Shown here piece by piece: positions 35,541 to 49,100 of a stretch of DNA of 64,000 nt (its first letter is position 1; each line of letters starts with the position of its first letter). A program made the translations under genes and the position numbers. The stretch comes from Phoronis australis (Eukaryota > Animalia > Phoronida): positions 248,001 to 312,000 of the forward strand of contig NMRA01000078.1 in assembly GCA_002633005.1 (NCBI GenBank). The letters are read 5' to 3'. The notes beneath the pieces are model-generated. The model worked only from the letters and a program-made list of their open reading frames with translations, searched no databases and was not told the origin of the DNA.

Positions 35541-38500
35541 TACCTATCATCATCAGTAGCTACACGCCCTCTGTGGTCACTTCTGGACAATAACCTTACA
35601 CAGTCAGCGTGCCCGTTCGCCAATGCCACGTCTAGCGCTGAAAAATCAACATCAGCCATGATATCCTCCCAAGAAACATAACAGTAAAATTTCGTGAAAA
35701 GCCTTTTTAACAAACCTGGTAGATATTAAGGCTGGTGTAAAAAACTGCAGTACTCAAATCCTGTTGAAAATCAGCCCCAGTCACGACCTTGTGAATAGGA
35801 ACATATCCCTCAAATTTCTTAGCTATCGTTCAAACCGTTTAACAGATAGAGAATCAGATGCAAAAAAGAACACTAAAATGGTAAAACTGACACCAGGGGG
35901 CGCACATCATGATGAAAATTAGTGAGTGACAATCAACCCGGATTCTGCCTGAAAATTCTAAATTTTGATTTAACAATTACCGCAATAAAATTCATCTCAA
36001 ACTGATCCACAAGAAGGCATTTTTCATCGTGTAAAGATCTGCAGTTCGTTACTGCTAGGCACTTGGCACAATGAGTTGGTTTTATGCACCAAGCCAGGTC
36101 TCAAGCAGTATCAAATTGTAAAGCCTGCCAAAATACAAGAAACACTTTTAATCTGAGTAAGGAGCAAGTTGAGACCACTTTCATAATGGTAAGTTAATAC
36201 AATCAAAATTTAAGGCTATACAAGAAGGCAGGTTCACATCTCACATGCATGTTTACCTGAGCGGCCATGTTGGTCTGTCAGAGTCACGTCAGCACCAAGT
36301 GTTAGGAGGCGCTCAACCATGGCAGTATGTCCCTCCTGCGAACAACAAACAGTTAAGAATTATTAACATTAAAATATTTTATCATTTGTAAGAAACTGCA
36401 AAAATAATTGAAAGTATGATTAAAAATTTTCCTTTAAAGAATGTTGGCTTTAGGACAGCTTTCAGTTATGAACAGGACAGGCTTGCCTTGTATTCAGGTG
36501 CATGCTTAAGAATTGTATTTTAGCTCTTCATACAGAATGTTTCACAGCCATTTGCTCCTAGTCTCCTAATTGGCATAATGTAAGGTCAGGTGTTACCCAG
36601 GAAATGAGAACAGCAACAAAGGCATTTAACAAAAGTGAAAGAAGGTATACTGGCCAACTGCATATCAACAGTTGATTTTCAGACTGGACACAATTCCTCT
36701 CTCACGTTCCATGCGGGCACTAATTTAACAATGTATTTGTTTTCTTATTAAATTAGTTCTTTTTATTCAGACAAGGGGATCGAGGGATTGGTGGTGCCCG
36801 ATGGGAAATTTCCCTTCAACCGAAAATTGCAATCGCAGAAGGCACAGGCACCTTTCCGCTCAGGTGAGCGAGGGCCCTGTATTCACCTTAGCAGCCAGAT
36901 GCAGAGGTGTCAGGCCAGCGCTGGTCTGTTCGTCAATATTCGCATGATACTCTTCCACTAATAGACACAGACTGTCGATGCTGCCAGCTTCAGAAACAAC
37001 GTGAACACAATGGCGACCCCTGGTGTCAGTCTGATGTAGGCTTGCCTGAATTTAAGGAGAGTTCAAATATTACCAGTGTTATCAACAAAGAACATCACTT
37101 ATGTAAACTGTACTGTCAAATCAGAAACTTGACTATGAACATCTGGTCAGCCCAGACGGCTACCAGAGCTCTAAATGACTACAGTTTAGGGTTGAATATC
37201 AGTCCCAAAACCACTTTAAAACTATTTAAAATCATGTGAAATTCCCAGTCAGGTAAATTCCTCTCCAATGAATAAAATCTCATCGCGGCTAAAATCACTT
37301 TTAATTCTCACAGACCCTTCGTTTCAAAAAAAATTTCTTAAGTGCGAAAATCTACACGTCACGCTCATGCTTGACCAGTGTTTACAGCAGTCACACAACA
37401 TGATCCAATCAGTATCTTGGTCATGGTCACATGACTAGCCCTGACATTTGCTACAAGTTCAATTAGCAACAACTTAACAACAACTACACACCAACTCCTC
37501 CTAGTGATACTCACACCTTGTCCAATCAAAAATCTGGCCACAGTCACATGACCTGACCTCAGTGCATCCATCAATGAAGACCCTCCACAGCTATCCTGGG
37601 CATCCAATCTGCAGCCACATTGGTTAACTAGGACCTTGACAACATCCAGCTTGCCATGTAAAGCTAAAAAGAAGGATAACCAGGAAATTAAGACGATTTT
37701 TAGCACACCGATACAACTACTGTTGAAATGATTGAAACGAGGACACCTAGGTACGGTAACGTGTCCTCAAATTCAAACAAAAATAATTGACAAAATTGTC
37801 ATTTTGCAGTTTTCAAAAGCTCATTGCATGACTAAAATGTCCAAATTTTCATTGAATGTGTGTTCCCTGTTGACAGCTGTATAATGTAAACTGTGCAAAT
37901 GGCAAACTAAATTTTCTTCCTGTTTATTTTTCTTGAAATCTTTTACAACCTAGTTTCACTGTTCCACCATTTTGTGTTTTAAATTAAAGAATTTTTACCA
38001 TACTCGGCACTAACTGCCTATTTTCTCCTGGAGCAGATCGCACAAGTTATACGCTGGATGGCATTGATGACCTCAAACTAGAGCGCATCAGGTTGCCATA
38101 GTTGAAAAAGACTTCTGACGTCATGAAACAATCAAACTTATCCGGTGAATAAATTTTATAATTTCATGCAACTCAGCACTGCTGTAGGAATACAGTGCAC
38201 AAAAATCATAACGCATTCCAAAATAATATGAGATTTTCAAAAAGTCTCAAAATTTTTTTTCGCTCAATTCAGTTGAAAGTGCGATACCTTTTAGTTGTGA
38301 TTTCATTTTAATAGTTACTTTGGTAAAATGAGTTTTTAATTAGATGTAATTAACGTTCAAAAACTCATGTTCCATGTGACAAATTGCATTTCTCACATGG
38401 AACATAACATTCTCACATGTGACATTTGAATGTTCCATGTGAGTTTTTTTCAGTTGTGCCATGTTACAATACAAATGGTACGTGGCCTAAACCGTACAGT

Positions 38501-40297
38501 TGTGCCAATGGTTTTTCATACCAAAAAAGTATTGGAACAGAATATTATGTACAGGAATTTCTGACACCTGATTCTAGAATGCAAAACAGATAAATAACAA
38601 ACAAGATAAATTACTATTAGCCTGTATCAAACCTGCAGTATGTAGCACTGTCCGTCCATTCTTACTGACAGAGTGTGCTAGGAGCGAGTCGTGATGTAGC
38701 AAACACTGCACAATCGACATGTTGCCTTGCCTGCACGCTAAGTGCAAGCTATTCCATCCATCTTTGTTGCACAAGGAGGGGTCAGCACCATAGGAAATGA
38801 GGTCACGGACAATGTCAAGGTCATCCTTACAACAGGCCAGCATCAGAGGTGTCCTGGGGAGAAGTTTGATTGATTGATCAATTGATTGACAGCATCATCA
38901 CAATATAGCTACCAAAAAAACCAGATAAGTGTACCACTATTTCACAAAAAATAGCATTAAAAACATCGGCACTCACTATGGACAACCCTAGACATGGTTT
39001 TTGAGCATTTTTATCAAAGTTTTGTTAGAGAAAATTTGGTGAATGCTGGTGAGAGGACTTCTTCCCTATCAATGTATCTTTCAAAAAATGACATTTTGCC
39101 AAAAACGCACGGTCACATGACCACAAGAATGGTACAGTGTTGTGAATAACATGATTAGACTTGTCTCGATTCCAAGTTTCATAAAATAATTATCTACCTT
39201 TTGTGAATTGACAGTCGCTAGTTACTTTAGATATTTCAAGAAGACAACATTTTAATTAAGGGTACACATAACCTTAAGGATACCAAAGCATAACAGATGT
39301 TTGAGAGTTTGGGTTAATACAACAGGATAAGTCAGACATGTACACAGTGATACTTCTAATACAGAACAGCAGTGCTGTACTGGTAAAATTAGAGGCAAGA
39401 AGGTGCCCAGCTCACTGCATCGCCTTGAGCACTGAATGGAACTTATGATGCATAGACGCTACGTTCAAACACCAAAAGGTGGTTGGCTGCACCTACGTGC
39501 GCCTACACCCCACTACAGCACTGCAGAACAGTCTATACCTTACTACTCTTAATCTTCAGTACTGTGGAGCTTCCTCAAATTCAAAAAAAATAATGGCCAA
39601 TATGGTAATTTTTCATTTTCAAACGCTCACTGCATTGCCAAAAATGTTCAAAATTTCATCTCGTTTTTCATAACGATTCATTTTTCCTTTTTTTTCAGGC
39701 AGATTGCACCAAGCTCAGCAAGTGCATTGTAGCACTTGTACTGTAAGTTCCAGGGTTCAGAGCCAGTGAAAGAGGCCATTTTGCAATGAAAGTCACACAA
39801 AGGTATGAAACCAAGTCTCCCTGACTTTTTGCTATATCCCACATGCATGTAACGAGTAAAAAAAGCTGACTCCAATCTGGGTATTAGCACAAAGGAAAAT
39901 TATGGTTCCACAGTCCAACCCTCAGTTTGAGTCCTTGTTTGCATGTTTACACCAAGAGAACTCAACACAATATTTCAGATTCTTACCAGTCAGCTCTCTT
40001 CAGACTGTCCACTTTCACGCCAGCACTAAGCAAGAACTGTACGCAGCCCGCATGTCCACTCTGAGAAGCCTCGTGCAGGGGGCGCTTACCATCAAAGTTC
40101 GACAACTCAAAGTTCACACCGACGTCTTGAAAGTACTTAAGGAACTCCACATGCCCAAACCTTGCAGCAACATGGCTGACAGTGTCCTTAGATTTGTTGG
40201 TGATCAACATCCATTCTTGATTAGCATAACGTTCCAAGATATGCCCTTGAAACTTGTCAAAGTTGCCCTGCCGCACGAGTTTTAAAACCTCCTCCAT
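35540..40297 (-). CDS. ANKRD16: Ankyrin repeat domain-containing protein 16-like (338 aa)
   Basis: Minus-strand exons 40297-39987, 38853-38633, 37663-37515, 37045-36887, 36335-36257, 35637-35540 (TAA); 1017 nt, phases consistent. Diagnostic ANKRD16 strings: DGKRPLHEASQ, VDSLKRADWTPLMLAC, NKDGWNSLHLACRQG, SKNGRTVLHTAALHG, DSCG..SLMDA, TPLHLAAKEGH. Confidence 0.9.
39370..39523 (+). mobile_element. hAT-type MITE (154 bp) with 10-bp TIR and 8-bp TSD
   Basis: cagtgctgta...tacagcactg, flanked by CAGAACAG at 39362-39369 and 39524-39531. Confidence 0.85.
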
Positions 40298-43200
40298 CAA
40301 CTGGAGATCCAATCTCTTCAGTCAGTTGAAAAGACAGCACTAGGGATTTGCCTGAGGTAGACATTCAAATAGTGAATTTCTACCAACTGTCCAATGTTAG
40401 GTTAGAACTGCTTGGTGACTGGTAATCAAGTCATGGCATTTACCCAAAATACTGTGAGTCAGTAGGCAGAAATCCAATTATCATTACCATATATCTGGGC
40501 AATATTCAGTTGACAGTTGGAAGCACACTGACAGGGACGATCGCGACTGTTCTGGTGGACGAAATTTGATCAATTTGTCAGTTCTTCAATTATGTTACTT
40601 TTTTCATTTTTCATTGTCTTTTGTGCTTACAGGGTTTCCCTATTTTGGTATACTAACCTCATGGCCTACTTGGTAACCCAGAAAATTTGACAGGTTGCAT
40701 TTAATGAATGATGTTATACCAAGCATCGAGCCCTGCCAACAAGAACATCATTCATTTCAAGGGTTGAGATTAGGTTAGAATTCTTGAGATCAAAATGTTT
40801 AGTAACACTCTTCTATTTCTGAAGTACAAAAGAAAGTGTAGTCAATGCAAACACTTGATTAACTACACCGATTCTTCTGAATCGTCGATTGATAATGACT
40901 TTCAGCTTTAAACCAATCTAAAGTCTTAGCTACTTGAGCCAGTGGAACCAGTGAAGTCAAACAGGTGCCGTCAGTGGTATGGGGTGGCCTTTAATTGTCT
41001 GTGACTTCAGCCAACCGCATTCCTAAAACTTAAATTTCATGAAGTAAATTTAAATAGATTTTTAATAAGGAGAGTGTCAAATACTTGTAAAAATATATTA
41101 ATTATAAGCACATACATTAAAAACGATTGAAACAAAGATTTGAAGTCCATAAAAATTAGACAGTTTCTATATTACAGGATTACCAAAAATTGCCCTTTCG
41201 TTCATGTGATGTCACTCACAGGTCAGGAGCAGATGATCATTTGATGATTGAAAGTCATACTCTAGTCTTAGACTGTACCACCTAATCAACTTGACTCCCC
41301 ACCCCCTTCGTTTCAGCTCCAGTTGAGACGGTGGTACTGTCCAACTCTTACTCTCTACTACTAGTACTAGACTCAGTCTCTACTAGTACTAGAATATTGC
41401 AGGTGATTGCCTAGCCTTTGGTAATGTTGCCGGCAAATTGATTTGACTCGGCAATTAATACAAACACATGCACTCAGGTTCTCTGTGCAGAGCATTATTA
41501 ACTACTACTCGCTCTACTGGTATGTCAATTTACCCTAATGCGGGACCACTCGTACTTAGCATCTGCATGTACGTGTTTTTAAATCTCACAAACCGGAAGT
41601 ATCGTCTGGTGCTGCCACCTTTTAGACAAAATTGTTTTTCGCTCAACAGAAAAATAATGTAGTTCGACAGTAAATAATTGAATATAATTCTGTAATGTTA
41701 CAATCCTGGTAAAAACAAACACAAAAAGTTTTAATTTGCTAAAAATTCTATAATCAAAATGGAGTTCTACTGCATTCATCACAGTGTAGTCAACAAAATC
41801 CAAAGGTTTACGTCAGTCATCACTGTTTTTTAACACCCTCTAAACACACCAATATGGAGACGGCTGCTGCAACGTAGGTACAATTCTATCGACTGTTTAT
41901 TTAATATACACGCTGTAAGCAATACCAGAAAAAGTATAAATTTCAGCTGCATTGAAAAATTAAAGTCCTCTTTCTGTAATTTACGAATCTGGTTACCAAT
42001 CAGATGTAATTTTAACATGGTAACCTTGACGGCTATCGTCACTGTGCCTGAAACTGTCTGTCAACTCAATTACTCAAAACGATAAAAGTCAGGTGCCGAC
42101 AACGCTCATCTCATGACATCTACATGATCTCTCATTCTATCATCATATGACTAATGATCACTTTTTGTCACGTTTTTAACTCGGGCTCTGAATCTAAAAT
42201 AATTGTTGAAGCAATAAATTTGTACTTTAAGATTGCCTGTTGTCCTACACCTTACTTCATCATCTCAAACAAAGGTCAGAGGTCAGAGTCAATGAGACTT
42301 TGACTAGACAACTTCGAGTTGTTTAGCAAGTGTAGTAGCTGCACTGAACACTGTAAAGCATGGGACATACATTGATTGGAAAAAAACTGAAGCACCAGTA
42401 GTTAATTATAAACACATGGCAGATATCATGGGAAATTGTAAAGACCTCTTGTAATCACTCACCATCCTTGTCTAGATGTTGTGTCATCCTTGCATTTGGG
42501 CCTGTCAGCCAGAGAGACATTGTCTATTGTCGAAGTGTTCAGAGAGGTATATCGGACCTAAATGATGCAACTGTGAATGGAAATGTTCTTTCCAACATTC
42601 CCCTTGATCGTGCGGAACTGGCATCAACTACCGTGCTGAATCATAGAATAACCCCTTGCTGTGACTGCGTCCCCCCATCACAAGGAATGACACGTTGGAT
42701 CCGCCATGTGGACTTTGGTTGGCCCCCTGTCTACCCACCTCTCAAGGACGTGTGCACATCTTGTCTACTCTGTACTTGTGAACCGAGCTGTAGTTTGGTG
42801 CCTGGGTAAAAAGTCACATCTGTGTAGAGACCCTAATTTTCAAGCGTAAAAGAAAACGAACATAATTCACGTAATCTGGCTTCTTTCAAGAAATTAGAGG
42901 TTTCCTGCTTACTTCACATATTTCAGTGGCAGATGCCACAATTCTTTTTTTTTCGGTTTTTAATCACCAAAAATTATTCTCCATCAATTTCCAAGATTCT
43001 GGACACAGTTCAAACGATGATTATTGTGCAGTCAACATGTTCAAGCTGTTCATTTTTTTCTGAAGATGGTGCTGTTTCTTTTTTCGTTTGAGAAACAATT
43101 AATTAAACGGACTGCTATTCATTGGCAAAACAGAGCTGCAGCATAATTCAATGGAAAAAGTAAAATAATCCCTAGGTCATTTTTATGTGGTATTTAAAGA

Positions 43201-44354
43201 AAATTTAATAAATAAATTTACAAAATGTAAAAAAAATGGATTTTTTTCTTTGCTTATACTAATTTCTTTGTTTTTTGGAAACAGAAAATCAGGGTATCCG
43301 TTGCTGTATCCCAGGTTGTAACAGCGAATTTCTCTGAATTTTGAGAAGTGACTGGTTTTGGTTTTATTCTGTGTTTTAGAGAAATATTTATCATGTACCG
43401 TAAAGCACCAAAACGGTTTGAAGATTATGTTTTCAAAATTTTTTATCGTTGGGAAGATGAGCGAGTACCGTTTGTAATGGTCCACTTGATGAACAAAATT
43501 ATGAAAGTTCTGAGCAGCAACTTTCCCGGGAAATGGTGATTTATATAGTGAAAAAAATATTACAAAGGTTATGAGTAATCGTCATGTATTTGCATTTGTC
43601 CAAAAACTATGGAATTGATAAAAGTATATTGTTTCTGAAAGTAGAAAATTGGATAATGGTTGAATATAACATTCTGGAATTTTGAGAACCGGTTTTCTCC
43701 ACTGAATAACTGGTTCTCAAAATCTGCGCACGTTATCTCCAACTATTGCTGAAAATTGTTTGATCAATTTTAAGCATTTTCTTAAGTACAGCAATTCTTC
43801 ACAAACATCGCACATAATAACGGGAGATGATTGAAATTCTATTTTGCCAAATTTCTTCCCAAAAATCAAGGTTATGAAAGTTATGGTCTGTTACGAACAT
43901 AGTTTTGGTACTGGGCGGATGTCATGAAACAACAGTTGGTAAAATTTCCGCCGTTGCTAGCAAGCCATGGTAGCCAGCCTTTGGTAAATGGAAAAATTGC
44001 AGTTTTGACAATTATTTTTGTGCATAACAAGTTTAGAATTACCTTATAAAAGACAAAAAAATTTTAAATTAAATTCAGTAACAGTAAACAATGCTTCTCT
44101 TATTGAATCACTTGTCTTGCGGCTGTCATTCTTTAGCTGACTGGTTAAGACGCCAGACTTTGGGGTTGGGATTTGGACGTTTGATATCATGCTGGACCAA
44201 GAGTAGTTATCAGCATTAACAGGCGGATTGGGTTTGTGGCAGTGTTTTTTTCCGAATACGTTTGCAATTCCGTTATACGACTTATTGGCGTTGTATTATA
44301 TACTTTGAAATCTGTTGTCTTCGAATGATTTCATGAGTTTGCACGGGAAGGATG

Positions 44355-44510
44355 CATAGGTGGATTGAGGGAAATCAAGGGGGTCAGGACACCCTTTTTT
44401 CCTTTGATTTCAGTGATATCTCATCTAGAATTTTCAAAGTGTTGACTTGTATCCCTTTTTAAAAAATCCTTTATCTGACCCCCTTTTCTAAAATCCTGGA
44501 TCCGCCCCTG
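44355..44510 (-). mobile_element. ~156-bp MITE with 5-bp TSD (GGATG); same family as 7420-7579
   Basis: cataggtggat...ctggatccgcccctg; GGATG at 44350-44354 and 44511-44515. Confidence 0.8.
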
Positions 44511-46102
44511 GGATGTATGACCGTCAGTCATCCCGGTTTCATACTCTTGCCATCTTGATCTCTACAAAGGAAAGACCCATCATGTTTAAGGTCTCTGCTT
44601 GATTACTGGTTTGTCATTTGCTTGTCTCAATGGCACGTCATAAAATTGTCTCAAAAGCTTTTAAAATTGGTGTGATGTTTGTTTTCCTATAATATGACCT
44701 GGGAGAACATTTCTAAAGGTTGTTGACAGTCAACCATGCTTTTTTGTCCAAGTCAGTGTCCATGCTGTTAGAGACAGTCTTAGGTCATTCCAAAAAGTAA
44801 GTTTTAAAATTACTCTTGTTTGTTTATTCACCAAATAGTTCATGACAATGACAGATTTATACTGTACATCTCTGATGAACAGTTGATTGGTCATAGACAT
44901 CTGCCTATCAGAAAACCCAAATTTTTCTTGCTGGCTCAAAAGTTGACCGACAGACATTTTATCTTGATATCCAAAACATGTTAGAAATTTCTCAGAGTTT
45001 CATGCTGAATCATTGAGACAACCCATCATACATGAACTCATTTCTGTTTTGCATGTTTTGAAAAAGACACAAAATAGCCATTGCATGTAACTTGAGCCGC
45101 ACAGAATTGTTTACTTTGAATCTTTTTATTATTATTCCATGACTCGTTGATGTTGTGTCTCCTGTGCTTTCTGAGTTCAGGCTAACATTATTTATTATGT
45201 AAATTATAATAATCAATGGTTCTGGACCAACTGGTTATTAAGTTCTGGTCCCTGTAGAAATTTGCCTGTCATTTAAATTTACGTTGACTTTCTTGGTTGA
45301 AAGTTGAGGCCACGACGTATGACCTTGTCGGATGGTACACATTAAAGCTAGCAAGTTCAGTGTCACGTAAGTTGGGACCTAGAGGCCTCGGCAAGGTGCG
45401 AGTTAATTCGTTCGTATGTCACGCTTATAATGATTTGGTGACTGTGGATGGAAGTTATCCATACTTATCCCAAAAACCATCGGAGTTAAATGAATAAATA
45501 AAATTTATGAACTCTTTCAAATAGAAATGAAGAAAGTCAACACTGAACAAAATTCAGGACAGCATTATGCAGCGGTACACGAGTAGTAAAAATACTTATT
45601 CATGGCGGCACACATGAAAGTGGTTTAAGATTGCCTAAACACGTGTTATTGGATGGATCTTACTGAAGCTATTATAATGAACAAATAGTAAAACGCATAC
45701 CATTCGTTTAATTTCTACCGCCATGCAATCGAACTTCGCTATATCGCTTCTGAATTGCTGACATTCAGTTTCCAAGGTATTTTTGCTTTCATTTGATTAT
45801 TACAAATGCGCAAAACTTGCAACGTTTAATTGCTTTGTGTGTAGATTTGTTGATTAGTTCAATGTAATAGCTAAAATATTTTGCCAGTCCGAGGCATCGG
45901 TGGACATATTAAATGATTCCGGTCTGACTTAAAAAAGCCTAGTAAAATACTGGTATTAACCGGTAAACGCACACAATGTCTGATAATGATTAACATATAA
46001 ATAATGGCTCTGTGTCTGATTCATTCTGTTTGTTTTTAGGTGGCTACACTAGCTGTGAAATGCATGGGAGTTTGCTAGCAGTATCTTTTTACTGTTGTGA
46101 AG

Positions 46103-49100
46103 ATGGCGAGTGAGGTGTGTCACAACAACCAGTCGTACGATGGCCAAACCACTGGCGACAGAGGCGTAGCTGACACCAAGAGAGGTCACTACCGGCAACA
46201 GAGTGCGGAGAGCCGGTCGTCAATTGTCGACGATTTATTGTTTGAGATTTACGAGCGCTGGCATTACTCCCATCGAGATAGCTTGGACAGTGATACCTTT
46301 ACAGAGTACTCGAGTGCTGAGGTCCTATCTCACAGTCGTCATAGCTACCACTGGGCGGAGCGTGAGGACAATTGCCTGTCACAGTCTCAGCTACAAGCTA
46401 AAAGTAAGTCAACAAATTGTATGGACTTGAAATCTTAATCCTACGGACTTAGTCTCATTTTTCTGTTCTACTTAATTCCTCGGTCTCGTACGACGCTCAT
46501 CCAATCAGGTTGTGGCAGATAAATGGGTCATATCAACCTACAGTTGGGCTATTGTCTGGGGAATGTTGAGATTGTTGTACGTCCGGGCGTCAGCGTCAAA
46601 AATCTGCCATTGCTGCAATTGATAGGATAAAATATTGCCTGATCACGTTAATCATTTGAAGAAAACTCCATCTGTGGGATTGGCCGAGCTTCGCTTGGTA
46701 TGTGACCACTCATAAGGATGTAATCTGGTGCTTTTATGAAAACATGATCAAACAGACAAGAAAATAATACGAGTTTTCTCTTGCGTAGGACCTAACAGTC
46801 TTCAAATACTAAGTTATATTTTGTATTCACCTTGACCTAAATCATAATATACAATAAAATCTCACCGATTTAGGACACAACATGGCGGACAAGTGAAATT
46901 TTTTTTCACAAGTGATTAGTAACATAGTAGTACTTTGCGATTCTTTACTTAAACTACGATCAGACAACATTTGGATAAATTTTGGGAACTCACAACAATG
47001 TAAGATACCATTGAAAAATGGAAAAAGACAATTTTGGCAAGACAAGTTTTTCGAAATAACCACGCCACACTAAAATTCACTATCCTGCCAGGCGGTGATC
47101 AGGCCTTTGGTGGAAAGGCGTTCAGTGCCATCTACAGATCCCATGTAACGCGGACGGGAGGTTTTTAATTTGCTGGCATGAAAAGTGTTTTAACACCTTT
47201 CCTGCTATCATGATGCCAGCAAATTTTCTCTGATGTGCACTGGGATGTACAGAATGATGCGTTACGTAAATAGGCAAACCTCTTGAAATATGCATGGATG
47301 AAGGGCATCATGTCTCATGTGTTTCCCACCGTGAAAAAGAATCCGCGGCTGCATAATCAGTGGCGCGGGAGAATTCAAATCGTAGCCGATGCTAAAAAGC
47401 TAAAAGAAATAAGTGAACTTGGCCTAATTAAATAATGGGAGAGTTGACTATGTGATTTATTTCTCTGTTTTTAAATGAACGAACCACTATGTGTCAGTGA
47501 ATTTCTGTCCACCAGGTCTGAGCTGGGGTCAAGTGTAAGACCGTCTCAGTCTCATTACTCTAGAGAGGGTAATATGATGATAAGTAGAACAGAAAATATC
47601 ATAACTTTCTCGCAGTTGGGATTCAAGCTCTAGTTAAGACAGTTTATGTCAATCCCTGATGCGCTGTTAACACTTCAGAAGTTGATACAGAGCAGTTGCC
47701 ATGGTAATACTATATGTGTAAACAGAAGTTGACATGACTGAATATGTCAGTGCCGTGTCAATATTATCGCCATCTTTTGGGTCTTACACAAAATTATCTT
47801 GTTCCGCGTTAACTATATGTCTTAGTATGAAAGTGAGGCTTAAGTGTACGTGCGGATGATTATTTTCCCGCTATATCTATGACTTCCTGTCGTTGCCTTT
47901 TACGAGACTTTTAGTTCAACCATTGCCTGGTACGGTACTTGTTTTTCTGTCTCAAAATATGCAAAATCTCTATCTCAACCTCAGCTAAAACTCACCATTT
48001 GTAATCTGTGAGCATGCGCATTTCACTTTCCTAACGAAAATGTTTGCCTTGCCACTTTTCAAGGCTTGTAATTTTTCTCTTTTAAGAGAGTTTCCTCTGT
48101 TTCGCTTTCAATTTCCTCGTATTTGATTTCCAGTTACCTCTTTTTTGTCTCTTTTTTCATCATTATTTTGACTTTATCCATGCAAAAATGTGTATTTCAG
48201 TTAAATTTTACAACGCAAAAAAATCTATCTATTTGTGGAACGACACGTCCCTGGAAATTTCCTCTCTTTTGTCATTGGTCAAATTCCAAGCCGTGACTGT
48301 TTCTGTGTCCTGTGAGTAAATGGCTGCTCGGCATGGCTAACCTTGAACTGTATCAATTTGTGCAATGTCACAATTAACAGGGCTTGAGGTAGTACGTCTA
48401 AAGTCAGGTGTGGGTGGTCAACAGGTGTTTTTCATTGTTGAGCCAGCGTTGGTTCAGTCAAGCTTCCCTTGGTTATAATTATATCTTTTATAGTGTTTTC
48501 ATGTCCTTCACTGAACTTGACTCACTGGCAGTCCTGACCTAGTGTCAGACTGTTACATAGTAAGCTTACAAAAATTGTTATTTATTCCCAAAGATTTTAT
48601 TGATTTTTTGACACTTAGGTATCGCTAGGGATTGTTCGCTTGCTACCCATAAATACACTTACTAATAAGTAATAAGAGTGAATTGTACAAGGTTTTTCTG
48701 TCCATCGAAGTGAACCGTAGGTCTCAAATTTATTGTCCATTGTGGTAATGTACAATTTTCCACTATTTCTCACCAATTTGCTTTGTTCGCCAATAATTGT
48801 GTGATTGGTTTAACCCCAAGACTGAGTTTCACAGTTTTGCCTGAAAGCTAGAATCAGGCATCAGGTGGTGGTGGATAAAAATAATAATGGTCCTGACTCA
48901 TTTCATGTGGCATCAGGTAACTTTTTGAAAATAAAGACCTCTAAAATATCTCATCATTGCGCCAAAAAACGCAGAACTGAAACAAGCATGCTATTTTTGA
49001 CTTAAATAAAGTACACGCTATGCCGTTCAAATGTTGGTAACGAAAGAACTTAAAAGTTCAACAACATTGTTCGACCATTTGTTGTGTTCTCAGACACTTA

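Noticed and set aside
36100-36130. Alternative ANKRD16 last exon (acceptor near 36124)
   Set aside because: Gives only GFTI* and breaks the final ankyrin repeat; exon 35637-35540 completes it.
44130-44200. tRNA-like string ctttagctgactggttaagacgccagact
   Set aside because: Only an A-box-like part; no intact T-arm or cloverleaf.
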